Assembly (NCBI GenBank): GCA_037386545.1
Contig: JARRLY010000014.1
Span: 1 to 57,168 of the forward strand
Length of the DNA stretch: 57,168 bases
Direction: 5' to 3'
Source: Candidatus Bathyarchaeota archaeon
GTDB taxonomy: Archaea > Thermoproteota > Bathyarchaeia > Bathyarchaeales > Bathyarchaeaceae
Below the pieces are notes generated by a model, which was not told the origin of the DNA, did no database searches, and saw nothing but the letters and a program-made list of their open reading frames with translations. Position numbers and translations under genes: made by a program. Shown piece by piece: positions 9,806 through 18,306 of this stretch (position 1 is its first letter; every line of letters begins with the position of its first letter).

Positions 9806-10198
9806 CTAATAAACATAGGCCAAAAGACGACCGCCGATCTTTTTTTCTCTTACCTCTTTGTGGGACAGAACACCTTGAGAGGTGGAAAAGACCAGCACAC
9901 CGATGTCTCGGGAGGGAAGGAACTGTTTTTCCCAGTTTTCTATTTCTTTTGAGCTAACAGGAATTCTAGGTTTAATTGCACCACACTTGTTAACTCGACC
10001 AAGAAGTTGTACACGGAATTTTCCGGAGCGGCCGTCATCAATGAACTCAAATTCTCCGATGTAGCCGTTAAGCTGCATTACTCTCAAAACACGCCCCAGT
10101 AGATTGGAAGCTTGATTAATTATGCATTCACGTTTTCGGCGTATTTCGTTATTGATTATGGTTGTCAAACCATTGGCGAGCGTGTCCATCATAGGCAA
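9806..10198 (-). CDS. rps8: 30S ribosomal protein uS8
   Basis: [26 protein letters not shown]. Confidence 0.97.
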   Translation of the reverse strand: MPMMDTLANGLTTIINNEIRRKRECIINQASNLLGRVLRVMQLNGYIGEFEFIDDGRSGKFRVQLLGRVNKCGAIKPRIPVSSKEIENWEKQFLPSRDIGVLVFSTSQGVLSHKEVREKKIGGRLLAYVY

Positions 10199-10213
10199 TT
10201 CTACTACATCTCC

Positions 10214-10378
10214 TCACTCGTATTTCCTAAAACCCAGGTCGCTTGCAATTTCTCGGAAACATTGCCGACAAAGGTCTAAGCCATATCTGCGTACAAGGGA
10301 ACCGTAGGATCCACATCGCCTACAGGGACGACTGCCCTTACCAAATTTTCGTTCTACTTTAGTTTGCTGTTTCACCAT
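10214..10378 (-). CDS. rps14: 30S ribosomal protein uS14, zinc-binding type (54 aa; not in ORF track)
   Basis: Manual translation [54 protein letters not shown]; two CxxC motifs. Confidence 0.96.
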   Translation of the reverse strand: MVKQQTKVERKFGKGSRPCRRCGSYGSLVRRYGLDLCRQCFREIASDLGFRKYE

Positions 10379-10388
10379 GATTCACCAT

Positions 10389-11164
10389 TTATAGTATTTC
10401 AACATCAAATTCGTCTTTAATAAATAATATCGCTTCTTTAGCAGTTAACTGATGGTCTTTACCAATTTTAGCTTGGCGACGGTGCTTGCGTTTAACGCGA
10501 TAACCGGCTCGCCCAAGAGAAACTGAAACATCCATACCATGAATTCCAAGTTCAGGCAAATATCTAGTCCCTGGAAGGTTTATGTGCTCCTTGATTCCAA
10601 AGGAAAAGTTGCCTTGACGATCAAACGAGTATTTTGAAATTTTGTTTTCAACAGCATAAAATGCTTTGTTCAAAAACTCTTTTGCTGGCTCATCCCTAAG
10701 AGTAACTACACAAGCGATTGGTTCTCCTTTTCGGATGCCAAACTCGCGTATTGTCTTTTTGGCGTTGCGTTTAGAGGGTTTTTGGTTTGTTAATTGTTTA
10801 ATTATTGTAACTGCTTGGTCCAATGGAGCACCAGATTTTCCAACAGACATGTTAACTGTTACTTTCTCAATCATTGGCATAAGCATAGGATTTCCAGCCC
10901 ATTCTTTACGCACAGTTTTAGCAACAGGCTTAGATTCAGGTTTTTCCTCAGTTGTAGGCTTTTCTTTTTCTACAGATGCAGATTCTTTCTCAGCTTCTTT
11001 CTTATCAGATTTTTTCTCTTGATCAACAGGAACTTCAACCTTAACAGGTTTCTTTTCTTCTGCAGAATCTTCAGTCTTAGTTTTTTTGGTTACCTTCGTT
11101 GATTTTTTCTCGGGTTTTTTTCAGATGCAATTTTTTCTTCAGATTTTGTTTTTTTGTCTGCCAA
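10389..11164 (-). CDS. rpl5: 50S ribosomal protein uL5 with ~84-aa Lys/Glu-rich N-terminal extension; reading frame interrupted at the A7 run 11115-11121
   Basis: Core 10389-10913 (IEKVTVN, FGIRKGEPI, GNFSFGIKEH). The frame stays open upstream to the A7 run; TTG 11164 lies 1 nt after the eS4 stop. Confidence 0.9.
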
Positions 11165-11165
11165 C

Positions 11166-11924
11166 TTACCTTTCCTCCGGCACAGATGTTAAGGCTTCAT
11201 TATCCCCTAGAGCAAAAACAAAATCAAGAATTGTTTGCAACTGATTTCCGTTTTCATCTTTAATTGTTACGATGAGGTCTCTGCGTTTTTTGTCTGCTTG
11301 TTTTTCAATTTTGTCGATTTTGCCGATTTTACCCATATTTTTTCCGCCGATTACAATGACAGATGCACCGACGTCTAGTTTTGTGTGATTAAGGAGTTCA
11401 CGATCAGGGATACTAAGTTTTAAAACGTCAAGAGTAGTATAAACAACCTTTTCTGGCAATGAATATTCAGTTTCTTCAACTAAGTAATTTGAGCCATCAT
11501 GCAAATCAAGTCGCATTTTGCCATTTTTTACTATAGTTTTGTCTTCAATTCGGTAGAGCTTAAAGGAGGCACTGTTAGAATCAATTGGCCTCAAAAATAG
11601 ACCTTTTTCAGAGGGCAAAATTGTGTAAGATTTGTTATTTTCAGGTACAGTTATTATGTCCATTAAACCGACAAGAAACTTTTCGTCACGTCTAACTTTT
11701 CCATCAACTAGGATTTTTCCTGAAGATAGAATGTTTCTAACTTCTTTAGCGGTCTTTGCAAATCCAAGCATGTCTCGTACAATTAAAGCCAAAGGTAACG
11801 AACGTGAAGCAGGATGAGCCCCAGGGTTAGGTTTTACTGTCCAAACTTTTTCTTTTCTGTGAATAGGCCACAATTTTGGCGCTGGTTTACGTTTAAGATG
11901 CCCGCGTACGCCTTTTCTTCCCAA
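11166..11924 (-). CDS. rps4e: 30S ribosomal protein eS4
   Basis: HLKRKPAP, PGAH, VDGKVRRD, VGLMD. Confidence 0.96.
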   Translation of the reverse strand: MGRKGVRGHLKRKPAPKLWPIHRKEKVWTVKPNPGAHPASRSLPLALIVRDMLGFAKTAKEVRNILSSGKILVDGKVRRDEKFLVGLMDIITVPENNKSYTILPSEKGLFLRPIDSNSASFKLYRIEDKTIVKNGKMRLDLHDGSNYLVEETEYSLPEKVVYTTLDVLKLSIPDRELLNHTKLDVGASVIVIGGKNMGKIGKIDKIEKQADKKRRDLIVTIKDENGNQLQTILDFVFALGDNEALTSVPEER

Positions 11925-11925
11925 A

Positions 11926-12381
11926 TTATTTTCCTCCAGTTTCCTTTTTTACTTTAGTTGCTTTTTTCTTGCTTTTTGTTGTTTTCTTTTTAGGCTTTTC
12001 TTGGGGGGCTTCAGCTTCTTCGTTTGCGCCTTTGCGCTCCAAGATTTTTTTGCGCCATTTATCGTCTAGATTTAAACGTGTAATCATTACTTTTGAAGGA
12101 TGGATAGGAACAGGTATTGCAGTTCCATCTACTTTTTCTCGAGTTGCACCTTCAATAAATATTCGATATTTCTTGCGGTCGATCTGATTGACTTTTCCTT
12201 CAGATCCTTTACGGTCACCTCTCATGACCATAACAGTGTCGCCGTTTCGAACAGGAAGGGACCTAATTCCGTGAGATTCTTTCAATTTAGCGGAAAGAGG
12301 AGCAGAAAATCGTTTATAGCGATCAGTACCAGTGGCTTGATACAGCTTTTTTCTTTGCTTAGTGGGTTTAGTTACTTTCAT
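11926..12381 (-). CDS. rpl24: 50S ribosomal protein uL24 with Lys-rich C-terminal tail
   Basis: PVRNGDTVMVMRG KOW motif, IHPSKVMI. Confidence 0.96.
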   Translation of the reverse strand: MKVTKPTKQRKKLYQATGTDRYKRFSAPLSAKLKESHGIRSLPVRNGDTVMVMRGDRKGSEGKVNQIDRKKYRIFIEGATREKVDGTAIPVPIHPSKVMITRLNLDDKWRKKILERKGANEEAEAPQEKPKKKTTKSKKKATKVKKETGGK

Positions 12382-12393
12382 CAGATAAATCTC

Positions 12394-12834
12394 CTACAAA
12401 ATGATACTTGCAGCGCTGGCAATTCTTGGCCATTTTTCTGCTGCTTCTTTTGCTATTGGACCACGAATTTCTGAACCACGCATTTCTCCTTCAGGAGTCA
12501 TTACTACTGCTGCGTTATCTTCGAACTGAACCCAAGTTCCGTCTACTCGTCGAAAGGGTTTTCTTTGTCGAACAACAACAGCGTGGAATATTTTTTTGCG
12601 CATATCAGGAGTGCCTTTTCTAACTGATATAGTTATCAGGTCACCTACTGATGCTGATGGAACGCGTCTAAGTCTTCCTTTGTATCCTACTACTTGGATT
12701 TGTCGGACTTCTCGAGCCCCAGAGTTATCGGCACATTTCAAAACTGCACCATTGTTTAATCCTCGGGAAATTTTTGGTTTTTGACCAACAACACCTTTGG
12801 CCATAAAAGCGCGCGACTTAGCTCGTGCTGCCAC
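12394..12834 (-). CDS. rpl14: 50S ribosomal protein uL14
   Basis: CADNSGA, FEDNAAV; start uncertain (GTG 12834 vs ATG 12843). Confidence 0.96.
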   Translation of the reverse strand: MAARAKSRAFMAKGVVGQKPKISRGLNNGAVLKCADNSGAREVRQIQVVGYKGRLRRVPSASVGDLITISVRKGTPDMRKKIFHAVVVRQRKPFRRVDGTWVQFEDNAAVVMTPEGEMRGSEIRGPIAKEAAEKWPRIASAASIIL

Positions 12835-13156
12835 CAGAACCATCCTCCAGTTTTTCTATTACTACGAAGCCCACGGTCTTGCTTATTGGGCGACATTCTG
12901 CTAATCGTACTTTGTCTCCTACTTTAATTCCTAAGCAGGGGGGGCTGTGTGCAGCTACATTGCTTCGTCTTTTTTCATATCTTCTGTATTTTGGAACGTA
13001 ATTTAGGTAGTCGCGACGAACAATAACGGTTTTTTCCATTTTGTTACTTACAACTGTCCCTTCTAGTGCGTGTCCTCTCAATGCAAGTGTCCCATGAAAG
13101 GGACAATTAATATCGTCACATGTTTTCTTTGGTTTTTTTGCGGTTAATGCTGACAT
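12818..13156 (-). CDS. rps17: 30S ribosomal protein uS17
   Basis: CPFHG, KYRRYEKRRS, ECRPISKT. Confidence 0.97.
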   Translation of the reverse strand: MSALTAKKPKKTCDDINCPFHGTLALRGHALEGTVVSNKMEKTVIVRRDYLNYVPKYRRYEKRRSNVAAHSPPCLGIKVGDKVRLAECRPISKTVGFVVIEKLEDGSGGSTS

Positions 13157-13438
13157 TTACCAAGCTCTCCGTATTCTTTTTTTAAGTCGATCTTCAGGTC
13201 GTCCAGTCATTACTTTGCCGTCGATTTCCACAACTGTTCCGCTTGACAATGTGAAATCAAAAACGGCAGTGTCTTTGATGACAACCTTTCTCTGATTATT
13301 ACATGATAATGTAAATGTGTTACGGGTCTCGTCAATTATTTGACCATTTAATCCAACAACAGAAGGGTTAGAACATTTAACTACGTTAGCTTCAAGACCA
13401 ATGAATTCATCCTGAACTATACTTGGAGCTACATTCAT
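13157..13438 (-). CDS. rnp1: Ribonuclease P protein component 1 (Rpp29/POP4)
   Basis: EFIGL, GQIIDETRNT, RPEDRLK; usual position between uL29 and uS17. Confidence 0.93.
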   Translation of the reverse strand: MNVAPSIVQDEFIGLEANVVKCSNPSVVGLNGQIIDETRNTFTLSCNNQRKVVIKDTAVFDFTLSSGTVVEIDGKVMTGRPEDRLKKRIRRAW

Positions 13439-13647
13439 TTCTGTTCACCATTCTGTTCTTCTGCGTCGATGGTTAAGATACGAGCAATAGTTTTACGCAT
13501 TTCACGAATCTGCGAGGGATTGTCAATGGCTCCTCCCGCAGCAACCATTGTTTTTATTCGTGCAAGTTCTGTTCGGAACTCGTTCACTTTTTCAATGCGT
13601 TGCTCCGAAGACATTTCTCGGATTTCTTTAACTCGTAAAATGGCCAT
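13435..13647 (-). CDS. rpl29: 50S ribosomal protein uL29
   Basis: EIREMS, IREMRKTIARILT. Confidence 0.95.
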   Translation of the reverse strand: MAILRVKEIREMSSEQRIEKVNEFRTELARIKTMVAAGGAIDNPSQIREMRKTIARILTIDAEEQNGEQK

Positions 13648-13649
13648 GA

Positions 13650-14756
13650 TTATTTACCTGCCTCTTTTGTTTCTTCAGGAGCTGACTCTTTTTCAGCTTC
13701 TTTCTTTTCAGACTTTTTATCTTCTTCAATTGGAGCCTCAACCTTAACAGGTTTCTTTTCTTCTACAGGAGCAGTTTCAACTTTAGGTTTAGCTTCTGGT
13801 TCAGGAGCTTTGGCAGGTTCTGCTTCCTTTGCAGGTTCAGCTTTCTTTTCAGTTTTTTTCTCTTTCTTTTCTTCAGCAACTTCAGTTTCAGAAGACTTTG
13901 TCGGTTTTTCCTTTTTAGGAACATCCTTTTTTGGTTCAGATTCTGCAGGTTTAGTTTTTTCTTCCACAGGAGCTTCAACTTCAGCAGGTTTTTCTTCTGT
14001 TACTGGTTTTTTCTCTTCAGCAGGAGTAGCTTCAACCTCAGGTTTAGCTTCCGTTTCAGGAGCTTTCACAGATTCTTCTTTGGAAGTAGTTTCTGCTTCA
14101 ACTGGCGCTTCAGGGCTTATTTCTTCTTTTTCTACTACTGGTTGTGGTGTAGCTTTGTCTGGAATGTCGTAAACTTCTAGTTTGTCGGGAAATACTGCAT
14201 CTGGTGGAAGAAGGCTTACTCTTACACCTAATGTTCCAGGTTTAAGGTGAACATCCAGTTCTGCAGTTCTCATGTATTTTCGGGGAGGTTCACCGCTTTT
14301 GGGCAGATATCCTTCAATGAATTTCTCGTATCGAGCGCGGTCTGTTCGGAGTTTGCCGCTGATTATTACTTCGATGCCTAGTGCGCCTGCTTCCATTGCG
14401 TTGGTTATTGCCCAAAATCCTGCGCGCCTGTAGTGAATGCCACGTTTCAGAGCTGAGGCAATTCGTGATGCGACTACGTGGGCGTTTAGTTCGGGAACTT
14501 CGATTTCTGCTACAGAAATTTGTGGGCTTGGAAGTTGGAATTGTTCTTCTAGAATTCGTGCGAGAGCACGGATTGTTTCTCCACCGCGACCAATTACGAG
14601 TCCGGGGCGCATGGTGTAGATGACTAAGTGTGTACCTAAAGGAGTCTTTGTTATGCTTACTCCACCGTATCCTGCGCGTTCGAATTCATTTTGTAAGAAT
14701 TCTTCGATTTCGATTTTTTTGATTGAATCTTCTATGAAATGATTAACTACAGACAT
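13650..14756 (-). CDS. rps3: 30S ribosomal protein uS3 with ~170-aa E/K/P/A-rich C-terminal tail
   Basis: KH domain RPGLVIGRGG, GIEVIISGKL; low-complexity tail follows PDKLEV. Confidence 0.97.
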   Translation of the reverse strand: MSVVNHFIEDSIKKIEIEEFLQNEFERAGYGGVSITKTPLGTHLVIYTMRPGLVIGRGGETIRALARILEEQFQLPSPQISVAEIEVPELNAHVVASRIASALKRGIHYRRAGFWAITNAMEAGALGIEVIISGKLRTDRARYEKFIEGYLPKSGEPPRKYMRTAELDVHLKPGTLGVRVSLLPPDAVFPDKLEVYDIPDKATPQPVVEKEEISPEAPVEAETTSKEESVKAPETEAKPEVEATPAEEKKPVTEEKPAEVEAPVEEKTKPAESEPKKDVPKKEKPTKSSETEVAEEKKEKKTEKKAEPAKEAEPAKAPEPEAKPKVETAPVEEKKPVKVEAPIEEDKKSEKKEAEKESAPEETKEAGK

Positions 14757-15226
14757 TAAATTCCTTCCATTTCTTCCAAAACAATTTCCACATGTGTGAG
14801 AGTGTTATATCGTGGCGATGAACGACCAAAAGCTCGAGGAATAAACCGCTTGATTTTCATTCCAGGAAAAGCTGAAGAGTGAACTATCTTTAGTTGTTCA
14901 ATATCCAGTCCTTTATATTCAGCGTTTGCTTCACCGCTTTCAAGAATCTTCAATACTGCTTGGGCAGTTTTTACAGGATATCTTCCTGCAAAACCATAAT
15001 CCATTCCATGGCGGTGGGGCACATGTTTTTTGAATCTTCCGAATGGAACTGCTTTTTTCTTTAAGATAACTTGGCGAAGGAAATCTTTAGCTTGTTCTAG
15101 TTTCATTCCGTTTATGGTTTTACATACTTCTCGTGCATGTTTATGGGACACCCTAAGTTCGCGTCCGCTAGCTTTTGCGGTCTTATCGGGTTCCATATCG
15201 GTTACTGAGTATCCCCATTTTGGCAT
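14756..15226 (-). CDS. rpl22: 50S ribosomal protein uL22
   Basis: VSHKHAREVC, GRYPVK, PRAFGRSSP; ATG 15226 preferred. Confidence 0.96.
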   Translation of the reverse strand: MPKWGYSVTDMEPDKTAKASGRELRVSHKHAREVCKTINGMKLEQAKDFLRQVILKKKAVPFGRFKKHVPHRHGMDYGFAGRYPVKTAQAVLKILESGEANAEYKGLDIEQLKIVHSSAFPGMKIKRFIPRAFGRSSPRYNTLTHVEIVLEEMEGI

Positions 15227-15315
15227 ATCTATCGTCCATCTGGATAACAAACAGCATATTTAAGCCTTTATGGTTGTCTAAGTCTCAAGTACTAACAGTA
15301 AGGACGTAGAGAATA

Positions 15316-16347
15316 TTGGAAAACGAAACAGCAATTCAAAACCACGTCGTAGAAGCACTAAAAAAACCTGAAACATACGACAAACCACCCAAAAAAATTG
15401 AAACAAAACAGACCCACATATCCTACGTTTTCCTAGCAGATAACTTTGTTTACAAGGTCAAAAAAGCAGTAAATTTTGGATTTTTAGATTTTTCAACTCT
15501 AGAAAAAAGGCGAAAATTTTGTGAAAAAGAACTAGTTCTTAACAAGCGCTTGTGCGGGGACATGTATCTAGAGGTTATTCCAATAAACATGTCAGCTTCA
15601 GGTGAAATCAAAATAAACGGAGAAGGAAAAACCGTTGAGTATGCAGTTATGATGAAAAAAATTCCTGAAGAAAAAATAATGACCAAGCTTTTGGAAGAGG
15701 AAAAAATTGACAAAAACATCATGAATAAAATGGCAAAAATAATTGCAGGTTTTCATGAAAAAGCCCAAGTATCCCGAACAGACGCCGAATTTGAACCGTT
15801 ATCAACTATAGAAACTAACTGGCGAGAGAACTTTCAGCAAACTCAAGAATTTATTGGCAGAAGCATTTCCGCACATACACACAAGTTTATTCAAAAAAAG
15901 GTAGACCAATTTATGAAAAAAAGCCAGGGGTTATTGGCAAAACGAGTTGCTGAAAACAGAATCAAAAAGTGTCATGGGGACATGCACTCAGGGAACATCT
16001 TTGTTGCAGATAAGATTTACATTTTTGATGCCATCGAATTTAATGAACGATTCAGTAACTGTGACGTTGCTTCAGAAGTGGCGTTTTTGGCAATGGATCT
16101 AGACTTTAAAGAGAGAAAAGATTTGTCTGAGTTTTTTGTTGAAAAATATGTCAAGTATTCTGGCGACCAAGGATTATTGAAATTGTTGAATTTTTACAAG
16201 TGTTATCGTGCTTATGTTCGAGGAAAGGTCACTAGTTTTAGATTAAATGACCCAAATGTAAACGATGAAGAAAAAAAGATTGTAGCAAAAGAGGCAGCAG
16301 CATACTTTAAATTAGCTTCAGATTATGCAAAACAACTTAAAAATTAG
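15316..16347 (+). CDS. Stand-alone COG2187 aminoglycoside-phosphotransferase-like kinase
   Basis: QTHIS, YKVKK, CEKELVLNKRL, CHGDMHSGNI, FDAIEFN, YRAYVRGKV motifs. Confidence 0.88.
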   Translation: MENETAIQNHVVEALKKPETYDKPPKKIETKQTHISYVFLADNFVYKVKKAVNFGFLDFSTLEKRRKFCEKELVLNKRLCGDMYLEVIPINMSASGEIKINGEGKTVEYAVMMKKIPEEKIMTKLLEEEKIDKNIMNKMAKIIAGFHEKAQVSRTDAEFEPLSTIETNWRENFQQTQEFIGRSISAHTHKFIQKKVDQFMKKSQGLLAKRVAENRIKKCHGDMHSGNIFVADKIYIFDAIEFNERFSNCDVASEVAFLAMDLDFKERKDLSEFFVEKYVKYSGDQGLLKLLNFYKCYRAYVRGKVTSFRLNDPNVNDEEKKIVAKEAAAYFKLASDYAKQLKN

Positions 16348-17213
16348 ATAAATTGTTTTGCCACAAAATCGGGAACGTTAACTGTTCCCATTATGATTGG
16401 GTTTTGGTGGCAATCACTGCCTCCGGTCATTTTTAGTCCATTTTGTTTTGCAAAGTTCACGTATTGTTTTGTTGTTTTTGGGCTGCTTCGGGAATGCCAG
16501 CACTCTATGCCATCAAGATAATCCAACATGGAGTCTTTGATTATGCTTGTTTGCTCAGGCAGTGAATCAGTTAACTTAACAAGAGAAGTTCCATAAGGGT
16601 CATTTGGATGTGCTAAAACCGCAATTCCTCCAGCATCTCTTAACAGCTTTGAAGCTTCCTTAAGATAAAGGGGAAATTTTGGAACATTACATTTCACAAG
16701 ATAAGTAAGGAAGGCTTCTTTGCGGTCTTGTACTATACCTTTTTTGATTAAATAATCAGCAATATGAGGTCTACCAAGGGAACCATCAGCAGAATTTTGT
16801 ATTTGAACCAAATCGTCTTGAGTAAATTTTGGTATGCCTTTGGTTTCAAATTCCATGTTGAGTTTTTCCAGAATTTTTGCCGCTCTTTCTTCTCGATAAT
16901 TACTGAGTTGTTCAAGTTTAGCAATCAAGAATTTATTGGTAACATCAAAGTTATAGCCCAACAAATCTAAAGAAACAGCTTTTCCGTCCCGATAATCAGG
17001 ATGAGAAAAAGTAATGTTAAGTTCAACACCACTAACGTAACTGATTCCGTGTTTTTTTGCCAAGTCCATGGCTTGCTGTTGACAACCGATGGAGTCGTGG
17101 TCACTGATGGATATCAAGTCAATGTTTCGGGTTTTAGCTTCTTTAATGATTTCTTTAACTGTAAGTTTTCCGTCTGAACAAGTTTTCGAGTGAATATGCA
17201 AATCAATTATCAT
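16344..17213 (-). CDS. PHP-domain phosphoesterase (TrpH/YciV-like)
   Basis: DLHIHS..SDG, DHD, GVE, GRPH, AHP, GGSDCH. Confidence 0.92.
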   Translation of the reverse strand: MIIDLHIHSKTCSDGKLTVKEIIKEAKTRNIDLISISDHDSIGCQQQAMDLAKKHGISYVSGVELNITFSHPDYRDGKAVSLDLLGYNFDVTNKFLIAKLEQLSNYREERAAKILEKLNMEFETKGIPKFTQDDLVQIQNSADGSLGRPHIADYLIKKGIVQDRKEAFLTYLVKCNVPKFPLYLKEASKLLRDAGGIAVLAHPNDPYGTSLVKLTDSLPEQTSIIKDSMLDYLDGIECWHSRSSPKTTKQYVNFAKQNGLKMTGGSDCHQNPIIMGTVNVPDFVAKQFI

Positions 17214-17225
17214 GGTGCAGTCCAG

Positions 17226-17828
17226 TTACTTGACTACTTTTTTGATGATACACCAAGTTTCTGGCTCATCTTTTTCAGTATCAACAGTCAAATGAATGAT
17301 GCTAAGGTTTGGATATAATTGCTTAAAGTCCTCCAAATCAGGTTCTTCAAAGCGGTTTTTGTTTGCATCATATGCTTCTTTGGTTAAGGCATTTGATTCA
17401 TAGTTTTCTTTGGTTCGGCGCAAAATCCGGCGAAGGGAAGACTCTTCAGAACAATGTGTCTGCAAAATAACAAAAGGAATCTTGGCATTAGCCGCAACTT
17501 CTGCTGCTCTTCGGCGCAGTTTTTGAGTTACAAAAGTGGCATCCAATATTACGCCTTTGCCTTTTTTTGCCAAGTTTGCAGCTTGCCTAAACATTTCGTT
17601 GTAGACCATTTCCCGTTTGTTCATGTTTCCGGCAACTCTTACGTCAAAGATGTCTTCGTTTTTGAGGACTTCCAAACGGATTATGTCGGTTCGTAAAATG
17701 GGGTAGTCTTTCATTTTTGCGATTTCTTGAGAGGTTTCTGTTTTGTAGGTTCCAGGAAGCCCGCAAGTAATCAACAAAATGTTAGGACCTAATTCGGATT
17801 CAACAAACTTTGCAAAGGGTTCTCGCAA
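17226..17828 (-). CDS. AAA_33/COG0645 P-loop kinase
   Basis: CGLPGTYKT variant Walker A, D.IR, VILDATF. Confidence 0.85.
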   Translation of the reverse strand: MREPFAKFVESELGPNILLITCGLPGTYKTETSQEIAKMKDYPILRTDIIRLEVLKNEDIFDVRVAGNMNKREMVYNEMFRQAANLAKKGKGVILDATFVTQKLRRRAAEVAANAKIPFVILQTHCSEESSLRRILRRTKENYESNALTKEAYDANKNRFEEPDLEDFKQLYPNLSIIHLTVDTEKDEPETWCIIKKVVK

Positions 17829-17985
17829 CTAGCGCACCAGCGATAACTGCAACACAAAGAAAAAATAATAATCTTTTGGACAAAACCAAAGCACCAAAAC
17901 GGCGTGCTTAGCATATTTACTCCATTTAGCCCACTCAAACTGCACGATTTATAACGGTATTGAACCATTCTTATTTGGATTCACA

Positions 17986-18178
17986 ATGAAGAAAACAAAC
18001 AACAAGAATCCTAGGGGCCACCTTTGTTTTGGCAGGAATTTTAATGCTTATCCATCACGTTATAGTTAGTGGCAGATTGTTTGATTTATTGGATATTTTG
18101 CATCATGAATTTTTTGAAGCAGTAGCCTTCACTGCTGGAATAGTTCTGATTTTGACTACATTGTTTGTGAAGGATTAA
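17986..18178 (+). pseudogene. Small two-TM membrane protein with paired HH motifs, frameshifted near the 5' end
   Basis: ATG 17986; removing one A from the run at 17992-17995 gives MKKQTTRILGATFVLAGILMLIHHVIVSGRLFDLLDILHHEFFEAVAFTAGIVLILTTLFVKD*. Confidence 0.6.
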
Positions 18179-18306
18179 CGAGTTAAACAGACAAACTAAT
18201 TTTTCAGTTTTTAGTTTTTTTACAATTTTTCAAAATAATTAATAGGTAATTCAGTTATTGAGCGAAGTAATTTATAGGACGACGGTTACTCCCATCTTTA
18301 ATCCTC

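Noticed and set aside
13810-14172. Antisense or alternate-frame ORFs (e.g. 13810-14172, 10666-11022, 26599-27150, 30519-30941, 42968-43180)
   Set aside because: Shadows of real genes; no motifs or RBS
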